Shown here: positions 53,612-64,000 of the stretch, in pieces
Position numbering within the stretch: position 1 is the first letter of the stretch
Layout: each line of letters begins with the position of its first letter
Origin: Eledone cirrhosa
Lineage: Eukaryota
Reading direction: 5' to 3'
DNA length: 64,000 nucleotides
NCBI GenBank assembly: GCA_964016885.1
Contig: OZ024741.1
Coordinates: forward strand, 41,230,001-41,294,000
The notes under the pieces: generated by a model
Told to the model about the DNA's origin: nothing
The model's database searches: none
What the model saw: only the letters and a program-made list of their open reading frames with translations
Translations under genes and position numbers: made by a program

Positions 53612-54017
53612 ATATATATATTATCATCTTAGGTCAGTTGTTCCATGCTTGTGTAGTTTGGATGGATCCTTCTCAGTACAGTATCTCTCCACTTGTCGTG
53701 TTCCTCTGTCATCTCCTCTGTGAGTTTCAACAATTTGAAATCAGCTCTCACCACTTCCATTCAGATCTTCCTTGGTCTTCTACTGTGGTTTCTTTCCAAT
53801 GGGATTACTTCACCTGGCAAACATCATCCATGTACTATGTCCATACCAACACAGTCTCCTCTCTTGTTCATCCATGCTTTGTTTTTCTCACACTTTAACA
53901 TTGCACATCTGAGAGATAGTGAAAAGAGTGATTTTGAAATCTTTTATATCATGCCTGTGTGTGATGAGATATTCAATCATGTGCCAATCCTTGGGCCTAT
54001 GATACATCCATGTTGTC

Positions 54018-55210
54018 TTATGGTTTGTAGGTTGTTAAAAAAAAGCTATTAGTGATGCTAAGACGAAATTCCTTGCAGAGTGAAAGCAACTTAAGCCCAT
54101 TTGAGTTCATAGCTCCGACTCTATCAAACCCAAGGGCATCACACCATCTTTGACAGTCATTTCCAACACTAACATTGAAATTTCTCAATATGGAGCTTGT
54201 TCTTGTATGGAACAGTGGAGAACAATGTGTGAAGCTGGTCATAGAATGTTACGATATCCTGCTCAGATGAATAAAGAGTTGGGATGTAACAACTCACTAG
54301 TGTAACAGTGGTGTTGTTTGCTAGAACCAGAGATAATCATGATATGATCACTGACACCTTTGGGAAATGATGTTAGGGATTTAGAAATGTCAGATCTAAT
54401 GATAAACCAACACCAGATTGATGGTGGTCTTCTTCACTTTTTCCGGACCAGAAGACTGTGTACCCTTCTACCACTTCTTCCATTTTAGATTGGCCAGGGA
54501 GCCAGGTTTCATTTATTGCACAGGCATTGATATTATATCTATTGAGTATATTGCAGATGAGGGCTGATCTTCATTCCAAATTCAAACTGCTGAGTGTTTT
54601 AACATTTAAGGAATCAAAAGTGAAATTCTTTGCTTTATTTCAACTGTATATTTGGATAACCAGACAACTGCGTTAAAAGATTGAGCAAAAAATTGAATAA
54701 GCATTTGTTTAGAGCTCATCTTACTGCCCTCTGTATAAGGAGAGCAGAGTTATATCTAAAAAGAACTGCTTTGTCACCATCAGAGGATATGAACAGCATA
54801 AATTGCTTATATTTTGTGCTTGAATGGCCATCATCTGATTGTCACCACTGTGTAGAGCTCTAGCTAAGGACTTCCTATAACACCCTTTACTTGTCCTTGT
54901 CACCTTTGCTCTCTCGCCAGGAGGCTTTGTGTTAATAGTGGAATATCAAATACACAGATTTTGTCGAACTGTTGAGCTACCCACAAATGAATTGTTTATA
55001 GTAGTGAAGGCTTGTGTTAGATCAGCCACACTTTTTGGAAATGTTGATAACAACGGATTTATGCAAAAGTTTGCCACGAACACAGTGAGTCAGATACCCT
55101 CCATCCTTTGACAGGTTTTGTTTTTAATCCTGTAGGGTGTCCAAAAATCAAGCTAGTGTAGTAACGTTGCTGGCGAACCAAACATGTAACTTGTTTTACT
55201 GGGTTACATG
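54018..55210 (-). mobile_element. Old RTE (BovB-like) 5' portion: leader plus degenerate APE
   Basis: FNVSVGND..W..LG..VGAMNSNGLKLLSLCKEFRLSITNSFF; the leader shares motifs with 32362-32500. Confidence 0.6.
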
Positions 55211-55283
55211 AAAATAATAGCTCTCATGTATGTGTGTGTGTGTATATATATATATATAGGTGTGTGTGTGGGGGATATGTATG

Positions 55284-55318
<35 letters not shown>

Positions 55319-56799
55319 CTATGTGAGTGTGTCTTTGCAATGACATGAACAATTTTTTATATATTCTCTATGCTGTGCCAGTGGCAAAATATCAGCAAAT
55401 CTACAAAAAATGAAATGGAAAGATTTTCCCTATAAAATATTTACATATGCTTGATTTGGGATTTTGTGATAAAAGATTGATTTTTTTGGAGGATGTAAGC
55501 ATGTAGGTTGAAATAATTTCTGAAATTTGGTAAGTTGAAATACAAAAAAAGTGTTAAATGTATATAGAACAAACATTGGTTGAACTCATTAGTCACGAAT
55601 ATTTAAATCTTACATATGTTGAAATAACAAAAACTGAGCTTCAACAGAAGTTGAGTACTGCCAATGAATCAAGCCTATTAGAGAGAGCATGAAAAACACA
55701 TATATATATTCTTTAATAACTAAATAAAGAATTTAATCAATACGTATTGAAAATGTTGATAATTTCATTATTATTTTTTTATGGGTAGTTTTAACCCTTC
55801 TTATTTAGCGAGTTTCTTCTCTGAATAAAGATTTAAGTTTCATTGGATTTTAAAACATTTTTGTTGATTTTTAAAATCTTTTTTGATGATTTAATAAAGA
55901 ACATGAACTTTCCTTGCAGCAAAATTAAATCCAATATACAAAATAACAGAATAAGTTGATATGGTGCTTTTATTTCTTTTTTACCTTGTGATAAAAATAT
56001 CTTAACCTAAGCCAAGAGTCAAGAGCTTTTCATGTGCTACATTTTAACAGAGTTCATAGAAGAGTTGCAAGCATAGAAAAGCAAACTAAATGATGATGAT
56101 GAAAATATGTGTGTGTGTGTATTTATATCATCATCATCATCATTTTACATCCATTTTCCATGATGGCATGGATTGGACCGTATGTCACAGTCCAAGACTA
56201 GACAGATTGGATGACCACTTCTTGCTTGTACATTTTATCTATAAATCATGTTGACTTCAGATTAGCTAGTTTTATCAAAGTTAGTGATGTGAAATAAAAT
56301 TGGTGACCATCAACAGTGTTTCTCAAAGGGTTGGTTTATAGAATTCCAAATTAATTTAATTTAGCATCTATGTAGGTTAATTGTGTTCAGGATTTAATTC
56401 AATCATCTGACAGCTTATTTGGAATGATACATCTACATCCTGAAACTGAAAATATCCAGCAAACAAATAGATTATTGAACTACCCAAATATCTAATGTGC
56501 TTCAAATGCACCTCCATCACCAAAAATATTAGCTAGTAAAGTATAGCCTAGTATGAGAAATATATCTCAGTCAGCCTTGAGCCTAGTTGATAGAGCATGA
56601 CCTAGAAGAAGATTACACACCCAACAGAACATGTTTGATTATTTCTTTCTATCTTTTGCGTATCCTCTGCATTCACTATTTACATCTCACTACCATGCAA
56701 AATTGCACTTCATATACAAGCATCATACAATCTCCCCTGCACTCAGAGAGAGAATTTCTTTATTGCTGACTGAGGCAATAGCTCCTTGAACACTTTTTT

Positions 56800-57128
56800 C
56801 TACCATGTCCTGAATAAGGGCCCCATCGGTCATGAATGACCATAGTTTTGCACCTAGAAAGTTTCCATCCAAGGCACAAGTCCAGTCAAGGTTGTTTGTG
56901 GAAGACCAGCAGTCGTCTATGCATACCAGTCTCACCTCTCCACACCACTGTTGTCCAAGGGAAAGGCAAAGGCCAATACAGCTTGGCACCAGTGACGTCA
57001 TAATTAATATCTACAGTTGAGTGAACTGGAGCAACGTAAAATAAAGTGTCTTGCATCACCTGTTCTGAGAATCAAACTCACAACCTCTCAATTGCAAGCC
57101 CAATGCTCTAACCACTAAGCTATGCACC
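56800..57128 (-). mobile_element. Older CORE-type SINE (related copy at 57895-58157)
   Basis: tRNA-like head TAGCTTAGTGGTTAGAGC, CAAGACACTTTATTT; distinct tail shared by the two copies. Confidence 0.75.
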
Positions 57129-57171
57129 TGAATAAATACAGTAAAATATGATAATATATATTCTTTCTTAC

Positions 57172-57441
57172 CTGTGGTGTTGGGGCTTCACATTTTGTAT
57201 CTGGTGCAATAAAATGCTCATGTACATTCCGGCGTATTATGTATCCAACAATTAATCCAACACAAAAGAGAACAAAGACCAGTAAAATTCGTAGCACAAG
57301 GCCTTTCCGTCCACTAAAACATTCATTCAACCACTTGCAGCGGTTATCTCCTTCAAGGCTACGATAGTCGATGTCGATGTTGTCAGTGTCAGCTTCCCAC
57401 CTTGTCAAAGCTTTTCCAGCTATGTAACCACCAGAGGGCAT
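57172..57441 (-). CDS. Host coding exon: N-terminus of a type II membrane protein, resembling the M28B family (NAALADL2 / PSMA / transferrin receptor)
   Basis: Acceptor ttttcttttctactttattgtag then G-ATG at 57442; donor CAG/gtaaga at 57172; 90 codons, phase 0; acidic tail, NRC motif, TM segment ILLVFVLFCVGLIVGYII. Family assignment is from memory of NAALADL2 only. Confidence 0.8.
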
Positions 57442-58156
57442 CCTACAATAAAGTAGAAAAGAAAATTTAATTAAACTAAAAATAAAATAAAATTAAAATA
57501 ATAGTAACAAAAATTAAAGAGCCAATCAATCAAACAATAGCTGTAACAACTATAACAACTAAAACAATAGTTTCTAATTTAGGCTCACAGTTAGTAAGTT
57601 TATTTTTTTTCCTTTAGCGGAGAGGGAGGTCAATTAAGTTGACCTACCACTTGACTGGCTCTTTACTTTATGGACTTCAGACGAATGAATGGCAAAGTTG
57701 ACCTCAGCAGGATTTGAATTAGAATAAAGAACCATAGCTAACAGCTGCAAAGCATTTTGCCCAACACCCTAACCATTCCGCCAATCTATTACCTTTACAA
57801 TAGTCATCATCATCATCATCATCATAAATAATTATTTTTAATTTAGGTAAATTTTGGGGGAGAGCAAAGTTGATCAAATCAACCTCAAAGTTCAGGCAAG
57901 GTTGTTTGTGGAAGACCAGCAGTCGCCCATGCATACCAGTCTTCTCTCTCCATGCCACCGATGTTGTCCAAAGTAAGGGCAATGGCTGATACAGCTTGGT
58001 ACCAGTGATGTCACATCTCATTTCTACAGCTGTGTAAACAAGAGCAATGTGAAATAAAGTGTCTTGCTCAAGAACACAACACACAGCCCGGTCCAGGAAT
58101 TGAACACAACTTCATGATCGTAAGACCAATGCTCTCAGCACTGAACCACATGCCTT

Positions 58157-58323
<167 letters not shown>

Positions 58324-58439
58324 GATGACCAAATTCTGGACAATGAACACCCTGCGTCCTTAAGTCTATCATATCACCAACTTTGTTTACCTGTAAAATT
58401 TCATCTGATGAGAACAAGCCTAAGTTACATAAATATAGA

Positions 58440-58910
58440 TGAGGACAAAAAAGACGAGTGAGGTGTTAGTGCTTCAGTGAAGGTGGCATGGAGTTAGCCA
58501 GCGCCAAAGACCAGATGCTATTGTAGTAATGTAAGAAATGTGGATCCGATGTTAGGGGTGTCTGTCAAAGTCTTTATGAGAACCAAATGAGTGGATTTTT
58601 TCTGGGTTCTGAGTGTGGTCTAGAATGTATATAAGTGCGGCAGCAGCACCACTCCAGGTGAGAGAGAGCACTACTCAATTATGTCCTTACCTCAATATTA
58701 TATAGGGTTAGATGTTATTTAGGGGCTGAAGTACTTTCTAGATCTGAAGAGAAATTCCAGTCTGATAGATGCAGCTCTGTGTCTAGAATGAGCATTAAAC
58801 ATGAGAGTTCCTCATTAATAGTGAGGGCAAGTATTTGGAGTGAACATAAAGGTTCTTCTGATAGAGGACAGTTCATATTTAAGGAAGGTAATGTGTGATG
58901 ATGTTTTAGT
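58440..58910 (-). mobile_element. Highly degenerate CR1/Jockey-like LINE C-terminal fragment
   Basis: WSGAAAALIYILD and FLHYYNSI..LANSMPP-like segments, frameshifted. Confidence 0.5.
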
Positions 58911-59419
58911 TCCATGTACATACAATTAACAAAGAAAATGAATAATTGTTTCTACTTTTGGCACAAGGCCAGAAATTACTCAGTGCATTACTGGTACTTT
59001 ATTTTATCGACCCCGTAAGGATGAAAGGCAAAGTTAACCTCGACAGGGTTTGAACTCAGATCATAAAGGGGTGTAACTCTTTGTTGCAAGGCATGGCGTC
59101 CGACCCTCTACTGATACTGAACAATACCAATAAATGTGAATCAAATCATTTACTGATATGGTTTCACTCAATCAAATGGTCGGTAGTTACACAGGTGCAA
59201 CCTCTTAAAGAGTTTCAGTGACATATCAATGCCAATATTTATTATTGATCTCTATATGCTAAACTACTATATTACAGATAAAAGTAAGAACATAGACACA
59301 CATTAAATATAAACCATGTTTCAAATAATATATTTATGCAGACTTGTAATTATTATTTGCCAAGAAATTGTCCACCAACTGAGGCATCTCTTTGCTGATA
59401 CCTGGTGGTACTATTGATA

Positions 59420-59497
<78 letters not shown>

Positions 59498-59709
59498 TTT
59501 ACGTCTGCTTTTCCCTGCTTGCAAGGGTGGGACGGGAACTGATTATGGCTTGATTTCTTCAGCTGGATGCCCTTCCTAACACCAACCTCATTTACAGCAA
59601 GTGCTGGGTGCCTTTTTGCCGTGGCACCTCCATGACCACTTTGCAATGGAATGATAGGGACCCCAATCCCTATCATCTCATTTCTACAGCTGAGTAAACT
59701 GTATATATA

Positions 59710-59950
59710 TAGTAATAATAATAAATTTGAAGACTAAAATCCATAGAGGGCTCGATAAGGATAAATATATATCAAATAAATAAGAACCCTAGAGCAAATA
59801 TTTATTAAAATAACAGATTAAAGTTTAAGCAAAGAATCGCTGCTTTCATTCTTAACGTCAAGCATTTCCCAGTAAACCAGCCAACAACCCAAACCAGTTA
59901 CTGGTATGGAGAAGAAAGAGGTCATCAGGCCATAGTCAACATACGTAGTT
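59710..59950 (-). mobile_element. PLE pseudo-LTR-like fragment with degenerate hammerhead and bulged hairpin 59750-59795
   Basis: CTGATGA-CC..GG-GAAA-TGCTT..AAGCA (NUH broken); GCTC-TAGGG..CCTTA-TC-GAGC. Confidence 0.5.
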
Positions 59951-60060
59951 TCTATATAATGTTCGAGTGTGTGTGTGTGTGTATCCCGGGTTCAAAGGGG
60001 GTAACCATAGTAAGTAAGGTACTCAATACATAGAAGAATATAAATTCTTAATATAGAAAT

Positions 60061-60112
60061 GGCTTCTACAGGACTAGAACTGTTTCATTCAAAGGAAATC
60101 ATCAGGAAAGCC
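60061..60112 (-). ncRNA. Type I hammerhead ribozyme, second P5 copy (element about 59985-60115)
   Basis: Differs from 46729-46780 by one loop II base; GTATTGAGTAC lies 37 nt downstream. Confidence 0.75.
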
Positions 60113-63100
60113 TATATTAAAAAAAATGAATATATATATATATATATATAGTGGCTGTATTAGTTCCACAATAAAATGCATGCTGTACACTCTGTAAAGA
60201 GGTTGGCATTAGGAATGACATCCAACTATAGGATTCAAGACAAATATGAAATATCTGAACTAGATATGGTTCTCCAACCAGTCTAGTGTTGAACCATGAA
60301 GACCTGTCCATCCTATGCCAGCGTACAAAAAATGGACATATGGGGATAATAATTGTTTCTACTTTTGGCACAAGGCCAGCAATTATCCCAGTGTATTACT
60401 GGTACTTTATTTTATTGACCCTGTAAGGATGAAAGGCAAAGTTAACCTCGGCGGGATTTGAACTCAGATCATAAAGGGGCATAATTCTATGCTACAAAGC
60501 ATGAAGATAATAATGAATATCCAGCTACAAATGGTTCTGTACAAGCAAGACATCGTCATCTGATCTGACTTTTCTTACAATGGGACGACCCATCTAATCC
60601 ATGCTACCTTGGAAAATGGACATTATACGATCATGATATATAATTACTGAACTCAGTTCCCTTTGTATCTGGTTATATACAATCTTAGCTCATGCGTTAT
60701 TATCTATACTCATTCTTACATTTATGCGATCATTTATATGTATGTGTGTATGTGTTGTGTGAGTGTGTATGAGTGTGTGTGTATGTCTCCCACTACAACT
60801 ACCACAGATCTATACACACAATGTATTATACATCTTATACAATATGTGCTGAACCTAAAAGTGCTATATTTAAGTGAGGTGTGTGGCTGGGATAATCTAG
60901 GTGTTAGGTCCACCTGCCAGTTGTGATATGAAGATAATCCTGGTATTATGTCTATTCTTGTGATGAATAATCTTGCTATTATATCACTATTATAAATAAT
61001 TCTATCTAACATTAGCACAAGGCCAGCAATATGGGGGAAGAAGAAAGTCGGTTACATCAACACCAGTACATTACTGGTACTTTATTACCGACCTTGGAAA
61101 GAACACACTATGGTTCTGCCAATCTATCATCCTTCTATTAATAATGATTTCTACTATAGGCACAAGGCCAGCAATTTGGGGGAGAGGGGAAAGTTAATTA
61201 AATTGACCCCAGTGTATTACTAGTGCTTTATTTTATCGACCCCATAAGGATAAAAGGCAGAGCTATCCCCGGTGGGATTTGAACTCAGAACGTAAAGGGC
61301 CATAACAGTATGCTGCATAGCATGGTATCCGACACTCTACCGATTTTGCCAATCCACCACCCTTCTATTAATAACAATAATTATAACAATAATAAGTGGT
61401 ATAACTACATCAATAACAAGTTGTATTGTGAGTTCAAATCCCACCAAAGATGACTTTACCATTAACCCTTTCATCACGCTATGTCTACAATAAAACACTA
61501 TGATTTACAAATAATATTTTAAATAATAACTTAGAAGGATATAGTGATCTAACTATCACATCAAATTAATAAAAGCTTTTACATAAAATTATGATGAAAG
61601 ATTTTTAGATAAATATGAACATTTTCAAACATTTTACATTGTAGAACCAGAGGCAGTTTCAGATAGTTTGTTATCCAAAGGGATAAATCACTTTAGTATT
61701 GATGGAATAAGTTGGATTCAATTAACTCTATTCCTCTCCTACAAACCTGTGGCCTTCTAGTATTCTAAGGCCCACATTATTTATTTATTTACTTCTTTAT
61801 TTATTATTTATTTATCTTATATATACATATATAACACACACACATATACACACTGTAAAGTGGTTGTGTATGTGTCATGACAAAAAGCACCCAGTCCACA
61901 CTGTAAAGTGGTTGAGTAGGTATCACAACAAAAAGCACCCAGTACTTACTGTAAGGTTGGCATTAGGAAGGGCATCCAGCTGTAGATACCAAGCCAGAGT
62001 CAGTTCTGTATGTACAAGTCATGGTCATCTGACCCATGTTAACATGGAGAAATGGACATAAAACGGTGATGATGATGATGATGACGATATATATATATAT
62101 CTCATCATCACCGTTTAACGTCCATTTTCCATGCTTGCATGGGTTAGACGGATTGTCCACACCATGGGACATGTCTGGCCAAACTGGTCCCACCTTAGAC
62201 GGAACTGTAAATTTGACCGGGATTTTTACAGCTGGATGCCCTTCCTGACACTAACCACATTTGCAATATATTTTGATATAGAGATGAAATCCTAAACAGT
62301 TGTACAACTTTATTCTGATATTTTAAAAGTATTATATATGCTTTGTATATTTTTTGATTTGACATTTCTTAAATGTTTTACTGCAAAGTGAAGCTGCATA
62401 GCCTAGTGGTTAAGGTGTTTGATTCATAATCATAAGGTTGTAGGTTCCATTTTCAGATTGTGTGACATTATTCTCTTGAGAAAGGCACTTCATTTCACAC
62501 TGTAACACTCCATTCCACTTAAAATGTGTTCCAGTGACGGTGATCTTGTACTTTCAGTTACTTGATGTCCATGAAACAAGAGTAAACATTGAGCTTCAAC
62601 ACATACAAAACACGGAGAAATTGAAATAAAATTATAAATCTAACCTTCTAATACCAAACTGACCCCCCCCCCCAAAAAACACTTCTTTTTCTATGAAATA
62701 AAACTGTCCAGCTTTTAAGGAACCTATTTAAATTCAAACCATCCGGGATTATTTTATACAAAAACTTTTTGATCTAGTAACAAATATTATCTTAATAATG
62801 AAAAAATTAACAATTTTAGTAAATCTCCCAAATTTTATCAATTAATTCAAACACTAACATTATAACTATGGACACGGAAGAGTTAACTCCTATTTTTTAC
62901 CTAAATATTTCAATCTAAATGAATACAAAACTAAAGAGCATTTAAGTTAGAACTATATAAGGTGCAGGCATAGCTGCGTGGTTAAGAAGTTTGTTTTGAA
63001 ATCCAACATTTTGATGATCCATTCAGCTGTGCAACAGCTTGGGCAAGTACCTTCTACTATATATAGCCTTGAGCAGACCAATGCCCTATCAGTGAATTTA

Positions 63101-63156
63101 GTAGATGGAAACTATATGGAAGCCAGCCATGTGTGTGTGTGCATATATATGTCTAT

Positions 63157-63204
<48 letters not shown>

Positions 63205-63284
63205 GAAAATATAGAAATTAATGTGAGCAAGAAGCCAACAGTATTTCATAATATATAAGTAACTATAACTTGTATATATATATA

Positions 63285-63470
63285 ATAAAGAGAGAGAGGG
63301 AGAGCATGTTGTGCTGAGAGAGGAGAAGCTCTAATCATGGGAGTACTCAATACATGGGGGGGATGCAGAGTGGGTATAGATATATGTAAAATCCTGACTG
63401 CATTGCCAAACGGATTCGGAAGCAATTTCAGCTGAAACCACTTAGCACCATGGTTCGAATTTTACATCAC
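63285..63470 (-). mobile_element. PLE pseudo-LTR-like fragment (family P6): hammerhead 3' half plus bulged hairpin
   Basis: GAAA-TTGC-[20 nt]-GCAG-TC-AGG; ACTC-TGCAT..ATGTA-TT-GAGTAC at 63343-63371. Confidence 0.6.
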
Positions 63471-63504
<34 letters not shown>

Positions 63505-64000
63505 AGGTGTTTGTGTTAATTTACTGCATGCAACTTCATATCAACAATGTTTAAAATAAACAGTTACACTTGTTTCTGTCTTACATCAGAAAAATATATA
63601 CAGTCTACAATATAACCATTTGAAGCTTGATCTGTGTGTATATATATATATATATACTTAGAAGAAAATATGGGTTGGTGATGAATATGGGTTTCAGCCC
63701 ACAGAAAAACTACCTCAAAATGTCTCAGTCAACCCATGATAGCATGGAAAAGCAGGTGTAAAAACCAATAATGCTAATGCATAACTAATATGTCATGTGT
63801 TCATGTATTTGTAGACATCTTAAAATGAAGAAAGATTATATATTAAAACACAGGCACACACCGATATTTGTGAGTATTGATTCAACAGAAACGAGCACCT
63901 TTAACATAGTTTTCATTTAGATTCAGAAGGACACAATGTATGACAAGGTTTGGCTCTTTGAGTTATGGGTACAACTCAAACATTATTATGATGTTAGGAT

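Noticed and set aside
50925-53627. RT as part of a prokaryotic retron, DGR or defence system
   Set aside because: APE-RT architecture, 5' truncation and (GAT)n tail identify an ordinary non-LTR retrotransposon; the ORF's first Met lies in flanking AT sequence.
55614-55674. Candidate minus-strand exon with plausible AG/GT sites
   Set aside because: The frame continuing the phase-0 upstream exon hits TGA at once; no recognisable homology.
58402-58442. CTGATGA with a possible stem II
   Set aside because: GAAA is absent; not a supportable hammerhead.

Overview
AT-rich, microsatellite-saturated animal genomic DNA. The SINE/LINE repertoire suggests an octopod cephalopod (inference). Nearly all of it is intron-like sequence made of retroelements: many RTE LINE copies (one with an uninterrupted 2.7-kb ORF), Tx1/L1, R4/Dong, CRE-like and CR1-like fragments, two main tRNA-derived SINE groups, a non-autonomous Helitron, TTAA-flanked MITEs and a degenerate 5.8S rRNA copy. 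Only one convincing host exon was found (57172-57442, minus strand; type II membrane N-terminus, NAALADL2/PSMA-like). The most striking layer is invisible in the ORF track: about 20 short non-coding elements embedded in (AT)n tracts that look like Penelope-like-element (PLE) pseudo-LTRs. Many carry type I hammerhead ribozymes and asymmetric fold-back inverted repeats. Across sequence-unrelated families they share a covarying bulged hairpin, RCTC-[stem-loop]-TY-GAGY, downstream of the ribozyme cleavage site. All calls were made by eye; no searches were run and element boundaries are approximate.
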